From positions 102,541 to 166,540 of the forward strand of contig JAAOMT010000294.1 of assembly GCA_016748015.1 (NCBI GenBank): a DNA stretch of 64,000 nucleotides, written 5' to 3'. The stretch comes from Geosiphon pyriformis uo1. Lineage: Eukaryota; Fungi; Glomeromycota. Below, piece after piece: positions 13,995-27,179 of the stretch; positions within the stretch are counted from its first letter, which is position 1, and the number at the start of each line of letters is the position of its first letter. Both the position numbers and the translations under genes were made by a program. Below the pieces are notes generated by a model that made no database searches, had not been told where the DNA came from, and saw only the letters and a list, made by a program, of their open reading frames with translations.

Positions 13995-15956
13995 GCCAAA
14001 TGGGTTGCACTCCACAACAATGAGCCCTCCCATGATTCGTGGTCCAGTGCCCCTCAAGGATTGTACATTCCCCTTAAAATATAGACATGATACAAAATAG
14101 TTTTAATCAAATCATTTTATCCAATTCTTCCTAATAGTTTTAATTTAAACTACAAATTCGTTTTGTGATTGTAAAAAAAAAAATACCCAAACAAAGTTTA
14201 AAATAATATTGTTGGTGATTTTTATTTTTATTTTTATACAATATAAATTTTGGTTTTTCTATGTTATATAATAAAATATATATTAAATTTTATAATTTTT
14301 GCAGTTTATTGATTAATTATTACTTTAAAATAGTTATAATAATTAATATAATTAATATTTTTTATTTAATAACTTGAAATTAATATACTAATTAAATTTT
14401 TTTTTAATATAAATAATTTGAAATTACATAATAATTAGTTTATAAATTAAAATTGTTTTTTTATAAATTTAAAAAAAATTATTTTAAGCAAAACTTTTTA
14501 AAATTACACAATTCAATTATTTTTATATTAATTTTTTACTATATTAAAATAATATTTTATTAATAAAAAAATATTGAAAATATTTAACATATTTATTTTG
14601 GTTTATAAATTTTTTAATACAAATAGATTTTTAGTTAATTATTTTTATATTTTTTAATCTTTTAAATAGTTAAATAAACTGGTTTAAAATATATAAAATG
14701 TTGTTAGAGTTTGTTATATTTTTAAACAATTAATTTGTTATATTAATTGTGATTTTTTGGTTAATCGGTTTTTTTATTAAATTATTATATATATTATATA
14801 TTCTAAAATGGTAGTTATTTTGGAAATTGTTTTATTGAACTTATTTTATTTTTATAATTCTAAAACAGTTTTACATTATATTTTAAAAGATGAATTTATT
14901 ATTTTTTCGCCAATAATTTTGCAAAAAATTATAAATAAAAATATATATATGAATAAATTAAAAATCAAAATTGAATAAATTATATTGAATCTAATAAAAA
15001 TAACTTTTATTTTAGGTTCATGTAATTTTAAATAAATATATTATAATAATAATTATAATTTTAGTTGATTTGCTGAATTATTATAGTATTTTGCATGAAA
15101 TAATTACTTTGTCAATTTTTACTAAAGATCTTAAAACATCTTAAAATGATTTTAAAATAGAATCAAAAATATTTTATTCAAACTCAAACACAAATAAAAT
15201 TGCAAATTTATAAACCGTTAGCTGCGAAAAGATCCACATGATTCTTGTGAAACAAATGATTGTAATTGGTCAACACGAGATGTAAATTTTTTTGAAGATC
15301 TGACTCGGGACCACGCGCAACTCAAAATTAATTTCTTAAAAAACACGAACTAAATATTCTCCTTTTCTACATACTCTCTCAACTAATTGATCACTTACCA
15401 ACAGATTCACTTATCATTTCTCGCAAATAGCCAATTTCTTTCCCTGACTACAAAATGTAATCATATTATTTGAAGTGATATTTACTTATTGAAATTGATA
15501 AAACGTGATTATGAATAAAAAATGAATATGAATCGCGCGTCATATCAGTAAAAGTTTCCCAATACTTGAACCTTCATCCTTTCTAAGGCAGTTTCCCTTG
15601 TTGAAATGAGTTTGCTTTTTTTTTGTGTATATGATCATAATTGTGTTTGAATATACCACCGCTTAATATCATTGGTTCAAACTGTTCATGCAATTTTTCA
15701 CATATACCAAGCGAATTCCTTTTTTCTGATTTCTTCGTGATTTCAAATTCATATAAATTGAGTCTATACATCCTTTCACCATATAAATTTTCTGGTTTCC
15801 CTCTTTTTCCAATACGTTCATAACATCCACTGTATAGGATTTCCGTTATCTAAAAAAAGACACCTTTAAACTTTTTTCTTCCGAATCGAAACCCTTTTCA
15901 AGAAACTATTCGTTTTCTTTATAACAAACCTTCTAACAACCTCGTTATTTTATATC

Positions 15957-16821
<865 letters not shown>

Positions 16822-18286
16822 ATTATCTTTGAGCATTGTCACCGTTAATTTGAAATAATAATTTGCTATGCTTAGAAGTTGCTTTGAGGCTTCTTTAAAA
16901 GAATGTGAATATCAACTAGTAGTTACACCCACATGAATTTCCTTTGGTAAATATGAAATATTCTCCCTAGTATTGCTAATAAGGTAAAACCTTAACTTGC
17001 ACTTTACGTAAAATTTTCCAATTATGTGAAGCAATACCTTGTTTAACTTTTCGCAAAATCAAGTAAGAAATCATCGTTAGTCTTTTACTTTCCACTACAC
17101 TCTTTACTCGCTGAAACATTGATTGTTTCTATGTTGTTTAACATAAAGAGAGGCAAATGACATTCTTTTATGGTCGAATCTATAATATAAGAATATAATT
17201 GTTGAAACAAGTCGACCCAAAAGTAAAGGGTGTCACCCGTTATGCCTAATTTGTCTTCCAACTTTCTCTTCCCAATTTCCGGTTCTGGAACTGTTCTCAC
17301 AAAAATGGTAAGATTTCTAGAAAATCACTAATTAGTTGGCTTGTCGTCATTGAACATCGATTGTAAAGTGTGAAAGTATCAAAAACCAGCCATTAGTGCG
17401 GTTTTGAACCGAAAGAAAATAATATTTCAGGAAATTTCCTTCTTTTGAGTAATTAATTTCTGCAAACTACTACTAACGGTTAACACTTATCATTGTCTAT
17501 CGTGTGTTCTTAGGGGCAGAACATTTTGAAAATCCCGAGTTTTGTTTGTTTCCCCTAATCCTCTCAATCTTATAAACTCTAAATAAGCGTTTGGCAAACT
17601 GCCTTTATTACTTTCCCTTTGAGTCTTTATTAAGCGCAAAAAATCTTTATTTAGACACCAGAAGCAACAGAAGAGAGTAGTTATAACAGAATATTATGGT
17701 CAAAGTGTTTATCGAGACAAAGAAAACATGAAAAGTCTAAAAGTCTATTTGTAGGTTTATTTCTGAAGCTTCCACTTGGTCAGTCGTTCGCACCAAAGAA
17801 ACCGGAACAATACACAAATATCATCATCTATCAGTGGTAAACGTCCCCGTGGGTAGATACCTGGTGTGGCGCTGTGTGAAAGCAGAAGGAACAGGTATGA
17901 GTTGGGTACCTGGAAACTTTAAACATCTGGAACATTATATAATCAATTTTTATTATTTTAAATTGAAAATCTATATATAAAAGATTTTTTAATAAATTAA
18001 GTAAAAATTTATCCCAATATTGTTAGTTGGAAAGTTTGTTATTTATCAATTAATGTTAATAACATACTTTTAATTTTTTTAAATTAATTAAATAAAATTG
18101 TAATATAAATTTTGTTACAATAAAAATTCGATATTATAATAATAATAATAATAAAAATAATAATAAATTCTTATTTTATTACTTTTAAAATCACCAAAAA
18201 AAAATATATTTAAAAAAGTTTTTGTTTTTTATTATTATATATATTTATTATTGTATTTAATACTTTTTTATTTAAAAATTAACTAT

Positions 18287-19142
18287 TATTACAAAATAGT
18301 TTTCTTGGTATATTAAATATTAATATCTTATTTTAATTACAATTAATTTCTTATAAGTTTTTTAATTTTATTTATATAATAATATTAATATTATATTAAA
18401 AACTTTTTTTCTGATGTTTTAATATAAGTTATTTCTCAATTTTTAATTGTTATATATATTTATGTATTTTTTTTTAAAGGCTGAACTGAAATCTATTTAC
18501 TGTTTTGGAATTTTTTTGAGATTGTTTTTATAATTGTTTGATATGTTTTTTTAATTTAAAAACATAGAATATTAATAATCTTTAGTGTTTTTCTTAATTT
18601 TTACAATAAAGCTTTTATTAATTAATAATAATATAAATAATCTTGATTAAGAATTATTCATTCAAGAAATTTAATTAATAAATAATAATTTTATTTAGTA
18701 AATAATACAAATAAATTTTTTAATACTTTTAATTATAATAATTTAATTTTTAATATTATTTTTGATTTTTTTTTAATTTAAAAATTTTTTTGAATATTAA
18801 TTAAAAATAAAGATTAAAAAATAATTAAAAATAGAAGATTAAAATCTAATAAAATTAAATTATTAGATTAATTGTTGTTTTCTTAATATTAAAGCTATTA
18901 TATATATATATGTTTATAATTTTATAAGAAAACATATTGTAATCCTTTTTTTTGATATTTTAATCTGGTATTTATTATTATTACCAATTAATATTTACTG
19001 TAAACTAGTATTTGTTATTATTATAAAATAATGCTTATTATTATATTAATTATTATCTTTTTAAAATTATTACTGTATTATATTATAATTAAATATTTTA
19101 TATTATTTTATAATTTTTTTACTAAATTGTTAGATTATAATA
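18287..19142 (-). mobile_element. Heavily decayed solo LTR, gypsy family A
   Basis: Colinear with LTR 45369-46237 (e.g. ggctgaactgaaat, acaataaagctttta) mostly via C>T/G>A changes; termini TG..CA decayed to TA..TA; flanked by 4-bp TSD CTAT (18283-18286, 19143-19146). Confidence 0.85.
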
Positions 19143-19890
19143 CTATATTAAATAAATTTAACAAATTTATATTTAAAAATAAAGTTCTGGTTTTATTATA
19201 AATAAAAAAATAAAAATAAAATAAAAAAACTTTTTATTTTAAAGATTGTTTAATTAAGTTTTATATAAAAAACAAAAATTTAATTATTTTAATAACTTTT
19301 AACAATTTTTTTTGTTTTTTTGGCAGATTTGTTCTGATATTTTTTATTTTTTTAGTAAATTATTTAATTTTAATAAGTTAATTTTATATTTTTTTTATGT
19401 ATAAATTTTTTTTTAATAAATTAATTTAATAATAAAGCAAAAAAATAAAAAATTAGTATTTTGTTAATAATTATTAATTTAAAATAATAAATCTAAATTT
19501 ATGTTTTTAGTATTTGTTAATAATTAATAATTTTTAATATTAAATTTAATAATAATAATAACAAAACATATTTAACTGTAAATTACTTAATAATATAAAA
19601 AACTATTTTTAGCTTAAATTTAAAATTAACTAAATAATTATTAAGTTTTAAACAATAATAATTATAAAAAAAAATTGGATTTTAAAGTAGATTTTTATTT
19701 TGTTAATTTGTAATAGCTAATTAATTATTAAGAAAAAAATTTTAAAATAAGATAAAATTTATATGATTTAAATAATATTTTAATTATTTATAATAATTGT
19801 TTTTTTAACTTTAATAATTTATTTATAAATATTGTTTTTTTTCCAAAAAACTTTTTTATTTAACAATATATAAATAAATTATATTATTTA

Positions 19891-21386
19891 AAAAACTTCT
19901 TTCTTTCTTTCATCTAAATTCTCCAAAAAACAATTTTTCAAAAAAGAAATTTTTGTTTTTTTTATTTCTCTTATTTTATTACTTTCAATATTTCTTAAGT
20001 TAATAATCCTTTTGTGGTAGATCTGGAGACTGCTTTGAATTGCAGTATGTCTAAGAATAAGACTCCAAAAAGTTTTTTTCATGGTTCTGTTGGTGGCACT
20101 TTTTCTTAAAAGAAAAAGGTTTCTGTTGGCAATATAAAGCACTTTAGTAATGAAAGAGATATTTTTCTTATCAAATCTGGTGTTAATGATGGCATATACT
20201 CAGATATGAACAGTGAGTTTAGTGACAATGAGCTCAGTGGTACTGCAATGAGTTCAAGTAGTGGTTCTTTTCTCAGTTTAGCTGTAATAACTCCCAAAGC
20301 TAAAAGAGTTAGTAGTGATTTGGTCAGTGGTTCCTCTATTGGCACTATAAATTTTGAAATAGATGAGAATATGGTTCATTTTTCTCTTCCTCTTAATATC
20401 TCTCTTAACAAAAAGTGGGTCAATTCCAAAGTGGTAAAAACTCAAGTTGAAGTGCCCATTAAGAAATTCTTTGCTTTGGATATTAATCTCTTAGCTGTAG
20501 AAAAAAAATTAGTAATGACAAAGACTTAATTTGTTAGAAAAATTTTTTCATTAGTTAATGGTTTTGGGAAGGCAACTATTTTCTCAAAATTTGAAGAGAT
20601 CATTAGATCTACTTTCACATCAAAGAACAGCATGGAGAAAGCTGCATTATTGGTCAAGAAAAAAGGATCATCATAAACACTAATCTTAAAAGACAAGGAA
20701 TTTGTTTAGATCGGGCTGTGGTCATTAAAAAAATTTCTATGGACACACCTAAGAATATAATCGTCACTGCACTAGCTGAATTTGGTAAAATTAAGTCAAT
20801 CAAAATTCAACTTATTGGATTATGGCAAAAAGCTGTGGTAAAATTTGCTGAATTAGATCAGGCTAAACAATAAGCTGCTAAATTGTCCTTCTTGATTGGT
20901 AAAAATTCAGTGTGTGTGGCCATGGCTGTGGGTGATCATGAGACTTGGACATCAAGAGATAAGTTCAGAGCATTGTTGTTTACTCTGCCAGTAGGAACAA
21001 CTGCTTATAATTTGGGCACTCTTTTGGATGGGACTAGTAGAAAAACCTGTATCATTAACCACTCAATAAATTCTGACAACTGAGTACACTGTGCTGTGGT
21101 TGGTTTCAAATTTGAGGAGGATTTAGAGTTTGCTAATCACACTGAGCCAATATTTGGTGGTGTTAAATTATCTTGGAATAGATTGAGCTTGGTTTACTGT
21201 GAAAAGTGTAGGAATTTTGGCCATTCTGCTCTAGAGTGTGATACACCAACTCCACCCATCTCTAAGCTCTTAAGACTTGTTAGAAGAGTCTTTTCAGAAG
21301 ACTATTATTTCTAGCTGGCAAAATTGTAGCTAAAAAGAGTGTTCCTATTTTTAAATCTGCTGTCTTTGGTGGCAAATCTTGGGTGC
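19891..21386 (+). mobile_element. LINE 5' fragment (5' UTR + disrupted ORF1 with CCHC knuckle)
   Basis: 5' end ttctttc..ttcatcYaaattcYccaaaaaa shared with the full LINE at 25242; ORF1 homology (KKFFALDINL, RALLFTLPVGT, CEKCRNFGHSALEC); stops abruptly at an LTR. Confidence 0.85.
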
Positions 21387-22357
21387 TGTTACTGAAGATT
21401 TTTGGTCTCTTTTCTTGAATGTTGTTAATGTTGATTTGCTGTGAATTCACATTTTCAGGAAGTAGTTGGACCTCCAGTAACTGAATTTATCTTCAAATTA
21501 TCTCTTATAATTTAAACTGCTGGGCTTATAAATAGAATGGCCAATTCTATGCCAATTACTTTATGTAATTACATTGTAGTAAATGTCAATTCTTTCCCAG
21601 GAATTGCTTGTCTGGAAGCTCACTAAAAATGTGTAGTTACTTTGCTGTAAAAGTCAACTCTTCTACAGGAATCTCATCTATAGGCTACTCTAATAATTAT
21701 AATAAGAAAAAAAAATAAAAATAAAAGAAATATAAAAGAAATAAAATTCTAACAAGAGAAATGTTTTTTATCCAGGTCTAGAGTCACTAACAGTTTATTG
21801 AAATTGGTAGCTAATCAATTTCAAAATGTTAGTTGTTAAGAGAATTTCAAGTGTAATAATTTTTAAGGATTTGTTTTTGAATATTTAATTTTTATTTAAG
21901 ATATGTAAAAAAAAGTGATTTGTTTTAATTAAGATATCTAAAGTAAGATACTATGGTAAGATATGGGAAGATTATTTTCTTGAAGAGAAAAGCTTTTCTT
22001 TTATACAACTTGTTGTAGTACTAGTCTTTAAACTTGCACTTTTCTCTTTTCTACAATTTGGGTGAACTAAAGATATATTTCGACAAATTACAAGTTATTT
22101 TACTGAATTTATTAATTATTTCGGCCAATTTCCATTAATTTTGGCGAATTTTGACTATGTTAAATGGTTCAGAGTATTGTGTAATTTAATTATCTTAATT
22201 TCTAGAGTACAAATTGAATTATTGATTGAGTAATGATATTTGATAATTTGATTAAATAATAAATGATAATCGAAATAATAATAATATATGCTAATTAATA
22301 ATAAAAATTATAAGGGTAATTTCATGCTAATTACTAGCTAAAATTCTACTGGTAATA
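21387..22357 (-). mobile_element. Solo LTR, family B
   Basis: Starts TGTTAC, ends GTAATA (decayed GTAACA); reverse-complement homologue of 57064-58045. Confidence 0.85.
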
Positions 22358-22723
22358 GTACTTATATGAAACAATAAAGACAAAGAAAAAAAAATAAATA
22401 AATTACAAATCACTATTTCTACAAAAAAACTAACAAGCAGTTGAAGTATTTATACTTAATACTAATGCTAAAAAAACACTTACTCTATATATTACTTAAG
22501 TGCATAGATTGCAAAAAAAAACTTTTGTTCATTGAAGTTTGCATATTACTTAAAGAGAAATATAAAACACACATATTACTATTGCAATGCATATTACTAA
22601 AAACAATTTGAATGACCAAAAAAACAAAGTAAATGAGATAATAAACCATATTTTGCTTGTAAAAAAATCTTATTTGATGAAAAAATGTCAAATAACATCT
22701 TTGGTCATAGAAAAATATATAAT

Positions 22724-24515
22724 TAGGGTTCCAATTGAACCAAACTGAATTAAACTTTGGATGTTATTCAAGTTTGGTTTAAATTACAAACCAAACTTAA
22801 ACTGAATCAATTTTTCAAAGTAAGTTTAGTTTAAATTTGGTATTAAATCTTTTTAACAAGTCTGAATTTGGTTCAAATTTGATTCAAAGTTTACAAACTT
22901 GTTTAAGTTTGATGAAATTAAAAAATATATAACTTATACTACTTGTTTATTAATCATTATTTTGTTTAATTACTATAATTAGTTAAAAAAATATATAAAA
23001 TTATACATATATAAAAACTCTACTTTTTAACTTACCAAAATAAATTTATTGTTGGTATTATCCAATGTTATTAAAGATTTAAAATTCGAAATAATAGAAT
23101 TTAATAACCCAAATAATCCAAATATTAATATATTTAGTAAACATAGTTTTTAAAATAAAGTATAAGACTATTTTAATAAGTTTGAATAAATAAATAATAA
23201 AAAAACAGCTAAATATACAGTCTCAAAATATGTACATAAACCATTTTTTTATAAAACTATGGGCATTACTAAACTCTTATGATATTATTTAGAGATTTCT
23301 TATTAAACAGTATATATTACAATAAAAAAATATTATAAAAAAAGACAAAATATTTAGAAAAATTGCAAATTAATTAAAAAAATGGTTTAATAGATGAGAT
23401 TGTTATTTTTTTTTATAATTTTTGGCCAATTTAATTAGAAAACTGCTTTAGCTTTCTGTAGTAACTGCTATTGATATTAATAATAAAAAACTTTATAACA
23501 TGATTACTATTTGGCTTATTAATTACCAGTAACTACTTCTTATAATAAAAGATTATAAATTAATTAAAATATTTTAATATTTAAACTCTACTTTTTAATT
23601 TGTTTATGCCAATACAATTAAAAATAGATAAGATTCCAATTGAACCAAATTTAACTGAATTTTGGATGTTGTTTAAGTTTAGTTCAAATTACAAACTGAA
23701 CTTAAACTAAACCAATTTTTCAAAATAAGTTTGGTTTAAATTTGACATTAAATTTTTTTGACAAGTCTGAATTTAGTTTAAAATTCACAAATTTGTTTAA
23801 GTTTAATAGAATTAAAAAAATATATAACTTGTATTATTTGTTCATTAATTATTACTTTGTTTAATTATTATAATCTAAAGAGTTATATAAAATTATACAT
23901 GTAAAACAACTCTATTTTTTAACTTACTAAAATGAATTTATTGTTAATATTATTCAATATTACAAAAAATTCAAAATCTAAAATAGCAGAATTTGATAAC
24001 TCAAATAATCTAAATATTAATATATTTGGTAAACATAGTTTTTAGAATAAAATATAGAACTATTTTAATAAGTTTGAGTAGATAAAAAAAAAACAGCTAA
24101 ATATATGGTCTTAAAATGTATACATAAATTATTTTCTTGTAGAATTACAGATATTACCAAACTCTTATAGTATTATTTAAAAATTTTTACTAGACAGTAT
24201 ATGTTACAATAAAAAAATATCATAAGAAAAGACAAAATATTCAAAAAAATTGTAAATTAATTGAAAAAATGTTTTAACAGATAAGATTGCTATTTTTTTT
24301 TATAATTTTTGACCAATCTAACTAGAAAACTGTTTTAGTTTTTTATAGCAACTACTATTAACATTAATAATAAAAAACTTTGTAACATGATTACTATTTG
24401 GCTTATTAACTATTAGTAACTACTTTTTATAGTAAAAGACCCTGAATTAATTATAATATTTTAATATTTAAACTCCACTTTTTAATTTGTTTGTGCCAAT
24501 ACAATTAAAAATAGA
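22724..24515 (+). repeat. Tandem duplication (~905-bp unit) of the hAT 5' end
   Basis: 22724-23628 and 23629-~24515 are colinear; both begin tagggttccaattgaacc/taagattccaattgaacc and both reach tgccaatacaattaaaaataga. Confidence 0.9.
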
Positions 24516-25320
24516 ATCATAAAATTTTATGTTTTAAGTAGACAAAAATTAAAAATAAGTACTGCTTTTATTATAAAATTTTTTTTTTCACTTATTTTTA
24601 TAATGTAATAAACATACTTAAGTATTATCAAGTCCAAAATTTTTTTTACATTAAATCTCTAAATATTTTCTAATAATAAAGTTTTTGTTTCTATTACTGT
24701 TTATTATATCAATAATAATTAAAATTTTTAACAAACAATAATTAATTTTGGATTAATAAATAGACAACATAATAAAATAAATATTCCAAATGAATTTTTT
24801 AAAATATTAAAAAATTATAGAATTACATCAAAAGTATGTACATATATTTTTGCATAAATTTAGATTAGTTAATAGCCAATAATGAGATTGGCATATTACA
24901 TAGCATATTAGTATTATCTAAAACTTAAAGTTATTATAATGCTTATATTATTAAAAATTATATTTTTTCAATATTGGCTTAAGTTGGTTTTTATTATTGT
25001 TTTAGAGCTAAATTTTTGGCATTAACATTATTTAAGACTTGGAGTTATTATAATGCTTATATTATTAAAAACTGTATTTTTTTAATATTAGTTTAAATGG
25101 TTTTTATTATTGTCTTAAGCCAAATTTTTGCCAAAAAAGTTAAAAAAAAATTATATTCATCTTGAATTTATCATTAATTTTATTAGCTATAATCTAATTT
25201 TTTTAATAGCTTCTTGTTATTATTTTTAATAATGCTGCAAAAAAATTTCTTTCTCTCTTTCATCCAAAATTCCCAAAAAAAAGTCAAAAGTTTTTTCGAA
25301 AGAAGTTTTTACCATTCAGT

Positions 25321-27179
25321 ATGATAAATCAAAACCATTCTTTGATTACGAGGCCACTGTTGGCTCTGTTATTGCTGTTATGAAGAAGACTATTAAAGTT
25401 TCTGGTTCTGAGAGTGGTTTTAAGATGGTTGTGTCAAGGAAGAAAAGGAAGGGAGGTGTATTGGCAGAGAGTATTGATAATAGAGGGGTTGTTGCTGAGG
25501 CTCCTAGTGCTTGTTCATGAGGTTCTGAAACAGGTGACACTACTGAGTCTGAGAGTATTGACATGGAGAAAGAGTGCTTGGTTGAAGAAACCAGTGTTAA
25601 CTATGGTGAAAATAGTGTTTTTGTGGAAGGAGATCCTAATCAAATGCCAAAGAGTTTGCGTGTAAAGACCAAAAAGATGTTAGGGAAGCCTCTGAGTGTG
25701 ATTGATTATGATACTGTCAATACAGATGATAACATGTTAGACAATTTTTTTCTCCTCCCGCCCCCTCTACCTATCAAACTGACCATTCAAGTGCCTGTTT
25801 GCAAATCTTTTGCTTTAGATATTGATCTTGTGGCCATCACTGAGAAGTCCTCTCAGGAAAAATTGAGTTTTATCAGGAAAATTTTTTCAAGTGTGAATGG
25901 TTTTGGGAGGGCTTCTACTCTCTTAAAATTTGGTGGAATTATTTGTGTGACTTTCACTTCAGAAAAGGCAATGATGGCTGTTGGGAAGTTGGCAAATGAT
26001 CATGGTATTGTGGTAAACACTAATCTCAAGCATCTTGTAAACAGCTGTATGAATTAGGCAATTGTGATAAAAAAAATTCCTATGGAAACTTCTGTGGAGG
26101 CTGTGTGTGCTGCCGTGTTCGAGTTTGGATTGATTAAGTCAATCAAAATACAACTGGTGAGTCTGTAGCAAAAAGCAATCATCAAATTAGAAGATCAGAA
26201 TCAGGCTAATCTCTTGACATCCAAATGGTCTATTCTCATTAGAAAGGATGCAGTATATGTGGCCAGGGCTGATGTTGACAAACAGACATGGGATTCCAGG
26301 AACAAATTCAGGACACTGTTATACACTTTTCTTATAGGGACAAATACTCATGACCTTTGGGATTTCATTGGTTTGATTAGTGAGAAAACATGTGTCATTG
26401 ATCATAATCCTGTTAGTTATGCTTGTGCTCACTGTGCTACTGTTTGCTTTAGGTCTGAATCTGATCTGGTTAGTGTGATGGCTGCAATCCCAGTTATAAA
26501 AGGGATTGGCCTTCGCTGGTCCCATTTCTTTTTGGCACTGTGCTCGGTCTGCAGTCTTTCTGGTCATACATCTCTCAATTGTGTTTTAGTTAAAGTTGGT
26601 TCAACCCTGAGGGGCAGAAAGACACCTCTTTCTGCTCAGGATCAGGTCAGGTTGGTGACTATCTATGCTTGGAAATTTGCATCCATTTTTCGTCCATTGG
26701 TCTTCAGTGGTAAGACTTGGACATCAGTTGTTGGTGCTCCTCTGGTGTGCAATTCTTATGGTACTGGTTCACTTCTTGGTTCTAACAATGTTAGTAAACC
26801 TCTCCCTTCTGCTGCAGATGATTTGGAAAAACATTTGGTTTGCATTGAAAGCAGTCTTGTCAGCCTCATAGGACAAATTGGTGAGTTGGCTAAGAAGTTG
26901 AAATCATTCATGCCAGCAGTTTTCCAGCCTAGTCCTGGATATTAGCTGTTGGTGACCCCCCTATCACAGAATCAAGGGGAGAATATAGTGATAGAAGTGG
27001 GTTTGGGTGATGCCACTAGTAACAAGACTGCTGCTGTTCTGGGTTCAACTGCCTTACTTGAGGTTGTAAAATTAAAAAACATGTTAAAAGATCTCTCTGC
27101 TTCAGTCATGTGTCTATCAGCACACTTGGATGGTTTGGCTTTGGCAGGTGGTGCTCTTCCTCTATCTCTTTCTCAATGA
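25321..27179 (+). pseudogene. LINE ORF1 (nucleic-acid binding, CCHC knuckle), premature stops
   Basis: ORF pieces 25563-26057, 26214-26945, 26949-27179; CSVCSLSGHTSLNC knuckle; start position approximate. Confidence 0.75.

Noticed and set aside
15305-15545. ACGCG/CGCGCGT motifs upstream of H3 (MCB/SCB-like)
   Set aside because: Two short matches; plausible for a histone gene but not distinguishable from chance
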